Shown here: positions 20,126 through 29,119 of the stretch, piece after piece
Layout of the letters: the number at the start of each line of letters is the position of its first letter
Position numbering within the stretch: the first letter of the stretch is position 1
Assembly: GCA_964012805.1 (NCBI GenBank)
Contig: CAXGUD010000016.1
Location: 22,918-86,917 of the forward strand
Origin: an uncultured Bacteriovoracaceae bacterium
Lineage (GTDB): Bacteria; Bdellovibrionota; Bacteriovoracia; Bacteriovoracales; Bacteriovoracaceae
Length of the DNA: 64,000 nt
Direction: 5' to 3'
Translations under genes and position numbers: made by a program
The notes under the pieces: generated by a model
What the model was told of the DNA's origin: nothing
Database searches by the model: none
What the model saw: only the letters and a program-made list of their open reading frames with translations

Positions 20126-20222
20126 CCCGCCCAAGAACTTTTTCTTGATGATAAAACTCCAATGACAGGTTTTGCGGTTGAAAATATTAAAATAGGCTTG
20201 AAATAGAAAAAAGGTCACCTCT

Positions 20223-21290
20223 ATGTTTGATAAATTAGAAGGCGTTGTTAGGCGCTATGAAGAGTTAACAGAAAAATTGGCGGACCCGACACTATATGAT
20301 CGTCAGGCTGAATTCAAAAAAGTTTCCAGCGAAAGGGCCAATTTGGAGGAAATTGTTAAGTGTTTCAATGAATACAAGAGGGTGCGTGATGAAATACAGG
20401 ACGCTAAAGATATTTTAAAAAATGAGAAAGATGAAGACCTCAGAGAAATGGCTAAGGAAGAGCTTTCTGATTTAGAAAAGAAGCTCCCAACTCTAAAAGA
20501 AGAGTTAAGCCTTCTTCTTTTACCAAAAGATCCCCTTGATGATAAAAATGTGATGGTTGAGATCAGAGCAGGCGCCGGGGGCGATGAAGCTTCCATTTTT
20601 GTTGCTGACGTTTTTAGGATGTATCAAAATTATTTAAGAGACCTTGGTTTTAAAAATGAAGTTATTTCTCTGAGTGAAGGTGATGAGGGGATCAAGGAAG
20701 TCATTTTTAGTGTTAAAGGTGAAAAAGTCTACTCTAAGCTGAAGTATGAATCTGGTGTCCACCGTGTTCAAAGGGTCCCTAAAACTGAATCCCAAGGAAG
20801 AGTTCACACTTCAACTATAACGGTTGCTATCATGCCAGAGGTTGATGACGTAGAGTTTGAACTTGATATGACTGAAGTTAGGATTGAGGTTTTTAGGGCT
20901 AGTGGAGCTGGTGGTCAGCACGTTAATACAACTGATTCTGCAGTAAGGGTAACCCATATCCCAACAAATATGGTTGTTGCAAACCAAGACCAAAAATCTC
21001 AGCTTAAAAATAAGGAAAAGGCCTTAAGGATTCTAAGAAATAGAATTTACGATAAAATGGTTTCAGAGCAGCAAAAAGAAGAAGCTGCTGAAAGAAAAGC
21101 CCTTATTGGCCGAGGTGACAGGTCGGAGAGGATTAGAACTTATAACTTTCCTCAGGGTCGTTTGAGTGATCATAGAATTGGCCTCACTTTATATTCTTTA
21201 GATAAAATTATTGAAGGGGATTTATCTCCAGTTACAGACGCTCTAATTGCTCATAATAGGGCTGAGCTTCTTAAAGGGCAGGAAGATTAA
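20223..21290 (+). CDS. prfA: peptide chain release factor 1
   Basis: EIRAGAGGDEA, HRVQRVPKTE (PxT), GAGGQHVN, ERIRTYNFPQ. Confidence 0.98.
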   Translation: MFDKLEGVVRRYEELTEKLADPTLYDRQAEFKKVSSERANLEEIVKCFNEYKRVRDEIQDAKDILKNEKDEDLREMAKEELSDLEKKLPTLKEELSLLLLPKDPLDDKNVMVEIRAGAGGDEASIFVADVFRMYQNYLRDLGFKNEVISLSEGDEGIKEVIFSVKGEKVYSKLKYESGVHRVQRVPKTESQGRVHTSTITVAIMPEVDDVEFELDMTEVRIEVFRASGAGGQHVNTTDSAVRVTHIPTNMVVANQDQKSQLKNKEKALRILRNRIYDKMVSEQQKEEAAERKALIGRGDRSERIRTYNFPQGRLSDHRIGLTLYSLDKIIEGDLSPVTDALIAHNRAELLKGQED

Positions 21291-21293
21291 TTT

Positions 21294-22205
21294 GTGAAAA
21301 GTCTTGACCAATATGCTAGCGATTATTTCAAAACAAATTTAGGAGTTCTCCATTCCTTTTACCCCGGTTTAAGGGTTGAGGTTTTGAAAAGAGAGCTAGA
21401 GGTTTATCTTTTTGGTGTAGAATCCCACAATGGGAAACGTTTAAAAGAATTTCCTTTCTTACAAGGTCATCATCAGAAAGCAATGTATTTTTTTAACTCT
21501 ATGGATAAGGGAATGCCTCTTCCCTATATTACAGGAAAGGCTTTCTTTTATAAAAATGACTTTTTTGTCAATCCAAATGTTCTTATTCCGAGGTCTGAGA
21601 CGGAGATTCTTGTTGAGGATGCTGTTGGCTTCCTAAAAAAAATGAGAAATGAGAAAGAGAGCTTAGATAAGGACCTCAAAATATTAGAGGTTGGGACTGG
21701 TTCGGGTGCTTTGATTCTTTCACTTCTCAGTGATTTGGATTTTTCTGTAGATGCCCTGGCAACAGATATTTCGGATAAAGCTTTAGAGATAGCCAAGAAA
21801 AACTATTTCCATTGCCAATATGGAATACACGCTCGAACTAAATTAAGTTTTTTAGAAGCAGATAGACTCTTTTTCAATGAAAAAGAGCACCTAACTTTTG
21901 ATCTTATTGTTTCAAATCCGCCTTATATAAAGAGAGAGGAAGACTTCGGTCTTGTTCACAAAAAAGTTCACGAGTATGAACCTCACGAAGCACTTTACTT
22001 AAAAGATGAAGAATATTTAGCTTGGTTTGATGTTTTTTTTGATCAAGTTAAAAAAGCTTTGAACCCGGGTGGTGTTTTTATAATGGAAGGTCATGAAAAT
22101 CATTTAGGAAGCCTCCAAACTCTTTTTTTGACAAAGAATGTTCAAAAGGTTGACCTTAAAAAAGATTATTGTGATAGAATTCGTTTTTTGATTGTAAAAG
22201 TTTAA
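21294..22205 (+). CDS. prmC: release factor glutamine methyltransferase
   Basis: PLPYITG, VLIPRSETE, EVGTGSG, SNPPY; follows prfA. Confidence 0.95.
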   Translation: MKSLDQYASDYFKTNLGVLHSFYPGLRVEVLKRELEVYLFGVESHNGKRLKEFPFLQGHHQKAMYFFNSMDKGMPLPYITGKAFFYKNDFFVNPNVLIPRSETEILVEDAVGFLKKMRNEKESLDKDLKILEVGTGSGALILSLLSDLDFSVDALATDISDKALEIAKKNYFHCQYGIHARTKLSFLEADRLFFNEKEHLTFDLIVSNPPYIKREEDFGLVHKKVHEYEPHEALYLKDEEYLAWFDVFFDQVKKALNPGGVFIMEGHENHLGSLQTLFLTKNVQKVDLKKDYCDRIRFLIVKV

Positions 22206-22235
22206 TTGTGACCAATCTTGGGGTTGGAGGTTTAT

Positions 22236-23504
22236 ATGGATCAGCTTATTATTGAAGGACCAACTAAGTTAGAAGGAACAGTAAAAGTTTCTGCTGCTAA
22301 GAACGCCTATTTGCCTATTTTGGCTTGTGTTCTTCTGAGTCCTAAGCCAGTCCATCTTAAAAATCTTCCTAAGCTTAGAGATATTAAGACAATGATGGTC
22401 CTCTTAAAGAACTTAGGAGTTCAAATTTCTGAGAAAGGGGAATGGACAACTTTTGATGCTTCTAAAGTTATTTCCCAAGAGGCGACTTACGACCTCGTAA
22501 AAACAATGAGGGCTTCGATCTTAGTTCTAGGGCCACTTCTTACAAGGTTTAAGTATGCAAAAGTCTCTTTACCCGGTGGTTGTGCAATAGGGGCCAGGCC
22601 TATTGATATCCACTTAAATAATTTTGCCAAATTGGGTGCTCAAATAAATCTTGAAGGTGGTTACGTTTCTGCCGAAACTGATCAGTTAAATGGTTGCTCT
22701 CTTGTTTTAAGCTTTCCATCAGTAGGAGCAACAGAAAATATTTTAATGGGTGCTATTCTTGCTAAAGGAAGAACCATTATTGAAAATGCTGCCTTAGAAC
22801 CTGAGATAGAGGACTTAGGGAACTTTCTTATAAAAATGGGTGCCAAGATTGAGGGTTTAGGAACATCTCGTATTGTTGTTGATGGGGTACCTTTTGATGA
22901 ACTCAAAGAGGTAGAATATGAGGCCATTGGTGATAGAATTGAGGCCGCTACTTATATTATGGCTGGTCTTGCTACGAAGTCGACTCTTACCGTTAAAGGC
23001 TTTCACACGAATCATTTGGAAGCAGTTTTAACAGCTCTTAGTGAAATGGGGGCAAAAATTGATAGGGATGAATACGAGGTAACAGTTTACCCAAGTGACT
23101 TAAAAGGTATCAATATTGAAACGTCTCCCTATCCTGGCTTTCCAACTGACGCACAGGCTCAACTAATGGCCCTAACTTCTCAAGTTGAAGGTGTCTCAAT
23201 TATAACAGAAAATATTTTTGAAAATCGCTTTATGCACGTTCCAGAGCTAAGAAGGCTTGGAGCCTCCATTGAGCTAAAGCAGAAAACAGCAGTCATTAAG
23301 GGTGAAAGTCACCTCAAAGGCGCACCTATTATGTGTACTGATTTAAGAGCAAGTGCAGCACTTGTGTTGGCTGCCTTAGCAAGCAGCGGAAAAACTAAAA
23401 TTCAAAGAATCTATCATCTTGATAGGGGTTATGAGTGCCTAGCTGAAAAGCTAAGCCAGCTCGGGGCTTCAATTGATAGAGAAAAAAATGTACCAATGTC
23501 CTAA
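22236..23504 (+). CDS. murA: UDP-N-acetylglucosamine 1-carboxyvinyltransferase
   Basis: AKNA, MRAS, LPGGCAIGARP, SVGATEN, DRIEA, YPGFPTD, TDLRA; ATG at 22236 after GGAGG. Confidence 0.98.
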   Translation: MDQLIIEGPTKLEGTVKVSAAKNAYLPILACVLLSPKPVHLKNLPKLRDIKTMMVLLKNLGVQISEKGEWTTFDASKVISQEATYDLVKTMRASILVLGPLLTRFKYAKVSLPGGCAIGARPIDIHLNNFAKLGAQINLEGGYVSAETDQLNGCSLVLSFPSVGATENILMGAILAKGRTIIENAALEPEIEDLGNFLIKMGAKIEGLGTSRIVVDGVPFDELKEVEYEAIGDRIEAATYIMAGLATKSTLTVKGFHTNHLEAVLTALSEMGAKIDRDEYEVTVYPSDLKGINIETSPYPGFPTDAQAQLMALTSQVEGVSIITENIFENRFMHVPELRRLGASIELKQKTAVIKGESHLKGAPIMCTDLRASAALVLAALASSGKTKIQRIYHLDRGYECLAEKLSQLGASIDREKNVPMS

Positions 23505-23597
23505 TCACTCTTAATAAGACATATTGAAAAACCTTACCTCTAAACGATCTTTATTCAAAAATGAGCTCATTGAAAGCCAACTATTTGGTGAAGCTCT

Positions 23598-24008
23598 TCA
23601 TATCAAGTCTCTCTCATTATGAAATATATCAATTCTATAACCTTTTTTACCGTTTCTTATTTCTTGAACAATCTGGAGATTCACATTCCTGGGGATGTTA
23701 AGCTTCTCTTTTAACTTTTCTTTTACTTCATTCAAAGAGTTATTATTAGACGGTTTGTGATTAATTTGCTTTGAACTATCATTATATTTTTGATTAAGGT
23801 AACTGCGTTTCTTATGATTTTCTTTTTTGCTAAAAATGGGGTTTCTAGATAAGTCTCTTTTGAAAGTAGAGTTTGCAGTCATTTGATGAGAAAACCTTTT
23901 TTCGAAAATATCTTTAGATTGTGAACTTTTAAAATTTTGTTTACCCATGATAAAAAATGAAATTAAAACTAAAAGAGAAAAAATTATAAAGACTTTTGAT
24001 GTTCGCAT
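23598..24008 (-). CDS. hypothetical exported or membrane-anchored basic protein
   Basis: N-terminal hydrophobic segment; AGGA upstream of the ATG; no recognised motif. Confidence 0.6.
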   Translation of the reverse strand: MRTSKVFIIFSLLVLISFFIMGKQNFKSSQSKDIFEKRFSHQMTANSTFKRDLSRNPIFSKKENHKKRSYLNQKYNDSSKQINHKPSNNNSLNEVKEKLKEKLNIPRNVNLQIVQEIRNGKKGYRIDIFHNERDLI

Positions 24009-24025
24009 ATGTTGATTCCTATTTT

Positions 24026-24059
24026 AAAAGGGTGAAGTCATTAGAACTTCACCCTTTTT
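24026..24059. terminator. intrinsic terminator (hairpin with T-runs on both strands) after the 24063..25316 gene
   Basis: AAAAGGGTGAAGT-cattaga-ACTTCACCCTTTT perfect 13-bp stem. Confidence 0.85.
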
Positions 24060-24062
24060 GAA

Positions 24063-25316
24063 TTAATTATCCCAATCTCTTTCTTGGTTTAATGTAATTT
24101 TAGGAGGATTTTCCTCAGTGTTAAAATTGTAATACTTCGATCCAGTAGCATTTTTTATTGAAAAGTTTATATGAAGCCTATTCTTATCTCCAATAACGTC
24201 CTTGCTGGCCCTGATGTAATTGCCTTGCTTGCAAGAATTACTTACAAAATCAGGAAATTCATTTTCCATTTTTTCACAATATGTTTCGCCAACAATTTTT
24301 TTGAAACCATCGTTTATGAGTTTCTGGTAGTTCAATGCCTCCAATGATGAATTAAACTTTTCAGTTATAATATCCTTAGCAATACCCTCTTCAATCCAAA
24401 AATGTTCTGATATCGTTCTAAAATGTAATGAATTAGATTTTAGAATAGGTTCAAGGTAAGAACTAAATGAATAGTCGTACCTGCCCGTAAAAATATTTTT
24501 TGGATTGATCATTCCAGTGGTTTTAGATTCTAAAAAATCACGGTAGTGGTCCAGATCAAAAATTGTGCCTGCTCTTGATCGAAATCTTTTTTTCCAAAAA
24601 TAAGCCGTCCTCCATTTTGTTTTGACGTCTTTTAATGAATGATCTTTTATCTCGTCTTTATTTTTTATTTGTTCTCCAACTTTTTTGGAAATAGCATCAC
24701 CTAGCTTATACGTATGAAAAGTTACGTTATTCAAGGATGAAAAAATATCATGTGATGCATTTAGTTGTTCCTTTCGATGAAATTCTGACTGGCAGATTAG
24801 GGAACGCTTAAGACCCTTTAGCATGTTTTCCACGTTATGAATTTTACAGTGCCTTCCTTTGGAGCAAAGAAAGACGGTGACCTTACCAGAGTAATTTGCC
24901 GTACTAAAAAGGTACAAATAGACATCACTTTTTTTAGCTTTTATACTTACACTTTTAATGTCAAAAAACTTATTTGGACCGAAAGGAATTGAAGGTCCAT
25001 CTTTTTGCATGTGATCTTTATGTGATGGATATGTTGTAGACCGCCTTATACTAGAATTTTTCCAAGAATCATTATTTTCAAAGTCATCATAGTTTTTAGG
25101 AATATAATACTTTTTTGATTTTCCAACATTTTGAACTTTGGAATGTAACTCACAAAAATCTTGATTACTCCTATCAACCCTTCTATGCAGCTCAGGTCTT
25201 AATGGTTCAATATTTAGTCTTGGTGGCATTCTTCGGGGATGATCTTGAGCTTCTAATAAACTTGAGATAGTTAATAATCCGATTGTTAAAAATTTAATAT
25301 ATAAAAACAATTTCAT
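24063..25316 (-). CDS. secreted hypothetical protein with possible beta/gamma-crystallin-like segment
   Basis: Signal peptide ending LEA-Q, strong AAGGAGG RBS; DIKSVSI...VYLYLFSTANYSG resembles a crystallin Greek-key motif. Confidence 0.75.
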   Translation of the reverse strand: MKLFLYIKFLTIGLLTISSLLEAQDHPRRMPPRLNIEPLRPELHRRVDRSNQDFCELHSKVQNVGKSKKYYIPKNYDDFENNDSWKNSSIRRSTTYPSHKDHMQKDGPSIPFGPNKFFDIKSVSIKAKKSDVYLYLFSTANYSGKVTVFLCSKGRHCKIHNVENMLKGLKRSLICQSEFHRKEQLNASHDIFSSLNNVTFHTYKLGDAISKKVGEQIKNKDEIKDHSLKDVKTKWRTAYFWKKRFRSRAGTIFDLDHYRDFLESKTTGMINPKNIFTGRYDYSFSSYLEPILKSNSLHFRTISEHFWIEEGIAKDIITEKFNSSLEALNYQKLINDGFKKIVGETYCEKMENEFPDFVSNSCKQGNYIRASKDVIGDKNRLHINFSIKNATGSKYYNFNTEENPPKITLNQERDWDN

Positions 25317-25756
25317 ATTTCCTCCTTTTTATATATTGATAAAGAAAATGAACGAGATTTTTTTCTCGCCTAACTTTGTCCTTCTTTTTACCTAGTAAAT
25401 TTTTATACCAAATTCAATTTCTTATATGCCCATTAATTAAAAAGTGTTTCGATGCTTTCCATTTTTCATAGTTGAGTTTTCTTTCTCCTACTTGATTTTT
25501 TTAGGCTTAAAATACTCACTATTTTTTTAATGAATTTTCAGTAAATTATTTCGTTTAAATTTGAAGAGGTGAAATAAGATTTATAAGGTTTTTAGTTTTT
25601 CTGGTTTAGGTGGTAGTTGATTTTATAAATAAAATTTATTTGGCTAAAAAGAAGAAAAATCTACAGTTTCTTCCTCCAAATAGAACATATTATGCCTTTC
25701 AAGAATATCTTGTGGTAAAAATCTTAGTCAGAATATGTATCTGGAAGGTAAGTGTA

Positions 25757-27457
25757 ATGAAAAATCTAGTCTTTCTAATTTTCATCCCTTTCATTTTAGG
25801 CTGCTCTGTTTCTTTTGAATGGGACAAAAATAACTTTAAAAAGAAAGTAAGATTTGACTCATCCGAAGTTATTTATGGAATAGATGACAGGGTTGAAATA
25901 GATGATTGGGATGGAAAGGGAAATGTTAAAGAGTTATCTACTTCTGTTCTTTCCCTATACAAAGAAAACGGTGAAGAAGCTAAACTGAACAGATTGCCTT
26001 CCCCTCTATGTGAGGGAGAACCTTTCCGTGATCAGCCTAGAAAAGCTCTTTGCACGGGCATCTTGATTGCTCCTGATATGGTTTTAACTGCTGGACATTG
26101 TCTAAAAAAGAATAACCAATGCAAGAATCTTGTTTGGAAGTTCGATTATCCAGGCCCTGAGGCTTCTTTAAATCGTCCCTCAGAAGAGGAGAAGAAAGCT
26201 TATCGTTGTTCTCATGTTATTAGACCAAAAAATTATTACCAAAATAGAAGGCTTGATTTTGCCTTCGTTAAATTAGAAGAACCAGTTTTAGAAAGAAACC
26301 CATTCTCTCTTGAGGAAGCTATTCAGGATATTGAAATTAGAGACGGTGAAGGAGTGTTTGCGATTGGTAATCCTTCAGGTTTTCCACTTAAAGTCATGAA
26401 AGGTGAAGTCACTTTTAAAAATGAAGACGGCTTATTTTTCAAAACTAATATTGATTCATATAGAGGCAACTCTGGAGCACCAATTTTTACTAAAAAGGAA
26501 AGTCGTTTAATTGGTTTACTAGTCAGTGGAGAAAGGGACTTTGAGTTTGACTCTTTAAAAGGTTGTTATTACTCAAAAAGATGTTTGGAAGGTGAAGAAT
26601 CTAACTGTTCTGGAGAAAAAGCCATATCTATCTCCAATATCTATGAAAGTTATAAATGGATTAAGGATAAGAAAAATAACCACGGTAAAAAACTATTTAG
26701 CCATTTTAAAAGTTTTGAAAAAGCTTGTTCTTCAGATGAATTAGATGCCAAATCAAAATATTTTTTAAGTCTATTGGAAGAAAAAGCAAGGTCACAAAAT
26801 TGTTCGACTATAAAAAAGAGATTAGAACGGGCCAGGTATTTAGATTTAAGCTCATCCTTTATAGAAGACTCTTATGCGCTTTCATTTTTTAGTAACTTGG
26901 AATTTTTAAATTTGGAAAATAATAATATCGAAGATTTAGAATTTTTGAACTCATTTTCAAATCTTCAACTGCTTTATTTAAAGGGAAATAATAAACTTAA
27001 TAAAATTGATATTGATAATTTAAATGGATTAAAAAAACTATCTTTTAGCAATCGTCTGCCTTTTGTCGGTTCTTTTAAAGATATGACTAGTTTAAGTTCT
27101 CTAATTGTAGAAAATATTGACCCTCGAATTCTTTCATCTATTAGTGACTTAGAAGAGTTAAAAGAATTAAGTATTAAAGATAGCAATCTATCATCATCTT
27201 CATTTTTAAATGGGCTCAGTAATTTAGAAAAATTATCTCTCACAAAAAGTAAATTAAAAGATATTTTATTTGTTTCTAGAATTCCAAAAATTCGTTTTTT
27301 AGATATTTCTGAAAATTTAATTGAGGATTTGTCTCCTCTATACTCTTTAGAAAATCTTTATAGTTTTAAAGCCGAAGGAAATCCTATTAAAGACTGCCCC
27401 TTAAACTCAGTATCTTTTGCTTTAAAATCATTTTGTGAAAAAAGAGCGGGTCTTTAG
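25757..27457 (+). CDS. lipoprotein: trypsin-like (S1) serine protease fused to C-terminal leucine-rich repeats
   Basis: Lipobox ILGC from ATG 25757; VIYGIDDR; LTAGHC, DFAFV, GNSGAP triad; repeated LxxLxLxxNxIxDL units. Confidence 0.9.
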   Translation: MKNLVFLIFIPFILGCSVSFEWDKNNFKKKVRFDSSEVIYGIDDRVEIDDWDGKGNVKELSTSVLSLYKENGEEAKLNRLPSPLCEGEPFRDQPRKALCTGILIAPDMVLTAGHCLKKNNQCKNLVWKFDYPGPEASLNRPSEEEKKAYRCSHVIRPKNYYQNRRLDFAFVKLEEPVLERNPFSLEEAIQDIEIRDGEGVFAIGNPSGFPLKVMKGEVTFKNEDGLFFKTNIDSYRGNSGAPIFTKKESRLIGLLVSGERDFEFDSLKGCYYSKRCLEGEESNCSGEKAISISNIYESYKWIKDKKNNHGKKLFSHFKSFEKACSSDELDAKSKYFLSLLEEKARSQNCSTIKKRLERARYLDLSSSFIEDSYALSFFSNLEFLNLENNNIEDLEFLNSFSNLQLLYLKGNNKLNKIDIDNLNGLKKLSFSNRLPFVGSFKDMTSLSSLIVENIDPRILSSISDLEELKELSIKDSNLSSSSFLNGLSNLEKLSLTKSKLKDILFVSRIPKIRFLDISENLIEDLSPLYSLENLYSFKAEGNPIKDCPLNSVSFALKSFCEKRAGL

Positions 27458-27475
27458 GTCATTTATACGCTAATT

Positions 27476-27503
27476 TTAACCTCATTCCTTTTATTTCCGA
27501 TAA
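27476..27503 (+). promoter_or_regulatory. sigma28 (FliA)-like promoter
   Basis: TTAA-16 nt-TCCGATAA about 50 nt upstream of the 27554 start. Confidence 0.6.
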
Positions 27504-27553
27504 GTATAAGGCAATTAAGTTTAGTTTGAACTTTTTCTTGAGGGATTTCGGAA

Positions 27554-29110
27554 ATGGAAATTTTTGGACAGAGTCTTTCTATTTTGGAGATAGTAGGAAT
27601 TTCTCTTGGATTAATAATTCTTTTAATTTTCATCTTCGATGTTTTTATACAGAAAAAATATGCAATTTTGCACAACTTTCCAGTTCTTGGTCACATGAGG
27701 CATTTGTTAACTATGATTGGGCCTGAAATGAGACAGTACTGGGTTGCTAATGATAAGGAAGAGTTGCCCTTCAATCGCTCGGAAAGAGATTGGATTTATG
27801 CAAGTGCTAAAGGAGATAACAATACTTTTGGTTTTGGAACGAGTGAGCTTCTTTACGGGGTAGGTTATCCCATTATTAAACATTCAGGCTTTCCTTTTCC
27901 AACTTCAAAAGCTTATGCGCCTTTTGGAGATAAAACATCAATTCCTTGTGCAAAAGTCATTGGCAGTCTCCATAAGAGAAGAAAAATGTATCGACCTAAA
28001 TCAATTATTAATATTTCTGCAATGTCTTTTGGTTCTTTAGGAAAAAATGCTATTAGTTCACTCAATCAAGGAGCTAAGTTAGCTGGGTGCTATCACAATA
28101 CTGGTGAGGGTGCGATCAGCGATTACCATCAATTTGGCGCTGATCTTATGTGGCAAATAGGAACGGGATATTTTGGTTGTAGAGACGAAGAAGGAAATTT
28201 TAGTTTGGATATTCTTGAAGAAAAATGCTTACAACATCCCGTAAAGCTTATTGAGATAAAATTATCTCAGGGAGCTAAGCCTGGTAAAGGAGGAATTCTT
28301 CCAGGAACTAAAGTAACAAAAGAAATATCTAGAGTAAGAGGTATACCCGTTGGCGAGGATTGTTTATCACCCAATACTCATTCTGAGTTTTCAAATGTTG
28401 ATGAATTAATCGACTTCATAGAAAAAATTGCTCAAAGAACAGGTATTCCTGTGGGTATAAAAGCAGCCGTGGGACAAATAGAGTTTTGGGAAGATCTCGC
28501 TTTAAGAATGAAAGAGAGAAATGAGGGACCAGATTTTATAACAATTGATGGCAGCGAAGGTGGGACCGGAGCAGCTCCATTGACTTTTGCAGACCATGTT
28601 TCTCTCCCCTTTAAAATTGGATTTACAAGAATTTATGATATTTTTCAAAAGATCGGTCTTTCTCGTTATGTTGTTTGGATTGGTTCAGGAAAACTAGGTT
28701 TTCCTGATAGGACAATCATAGCAATGGCCATGGGCTGCGATATTATTCATATTGCTAGAGAGGCGATGCTTTCAATTGGCTGTATTCAGGCCCAAAAATG
28801 TCATACAGGAGAATGCCCCGTAGGAATTGCTACACAAAATAGATGGTTGGAAGCAGGAATTAATGTGCCCTTAAAAGCAGAAAGGTTTAAGCGCTATCTA
28901 GAAAGCTTTAGAAAAGAACTTTTAGCAATTTCTCATTCAGCTGGTTATGAACATCCATGCCAATTTACCGCTTATGATATTGAGTTTAGCACAGGAGTTA
29001 ATAAATTTAGTTCCCTAGATGATGTACTCCACTATAGAAAAGACCCATCACCATTTAGGAGCATGGTTGATTTAGAAAAAAAGTTCAAAAAGAAAAAAAG
29101 TAGATCATAA
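27554..29110 (+). CDS. FMN-binding glutamate synthase family protein (YerD-like), N-terminal TM
   Basis: ISAMSFGSLG, NTGEG, QIGTGYFG, EIKLSQGAKPGKGG, DGSEGGTGAAP, GCIQAQKCHTGECPVG (3Fe-4S); no amidotransferase domain. Confidence 0.93.
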   Translation: MEIFGQSLSILEIVGISLGLIILLIFIFDVFIQKKYAILHNFPVLGHMRHLLTMIGPEMRQYWVANDKEELPFNRSERDWIYASAKGDNNTFGFGTSELLYGVGYPIIKHSGFPFPTSKAYAPFGDKTSIPCAKVIGSLHKRRKMYRPKSIINISAMSFGSLGKNAISSLNQGAKLAGCYHNTGEGAISDYHQFGADLMWQIGTGYFGCRDEEGNFSLDILEEKCLQHPVKLIEIKLSQGAKPGKGGILPGTKVTKEISRVRGIPVGEDCLSPNTHSEFSNVDELIDFIEKIAQRTGIPVGIKAAVGQIEFWEDLALRMKERNEGPDFITIDGSEGGTGAAPLTFADHVSLPFKIGFTRIYDIFQKIGLSRYVVWIGSGKLGFPDRTIIAMAMGCDIIHIAREAMLSIGCIQAQKCHTGECPVGIATQNRWLEAGINVPLKAERFKRYLESFRKELLAISHSAGYEHPCQFTAYDIEFSTGVNKFSSLDDVLHYRKDPSPFRSMVDLEKKFKKKKSRS

Positions 29111-29119
29111 CTTTTTCTT

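Noticed and set aside
20090..20222. Possible rpmE between rho and prfA, as in many bacteria
   Set aside because: Only 133 nt, occupied by a terminator and spacer; no L31-like ORF
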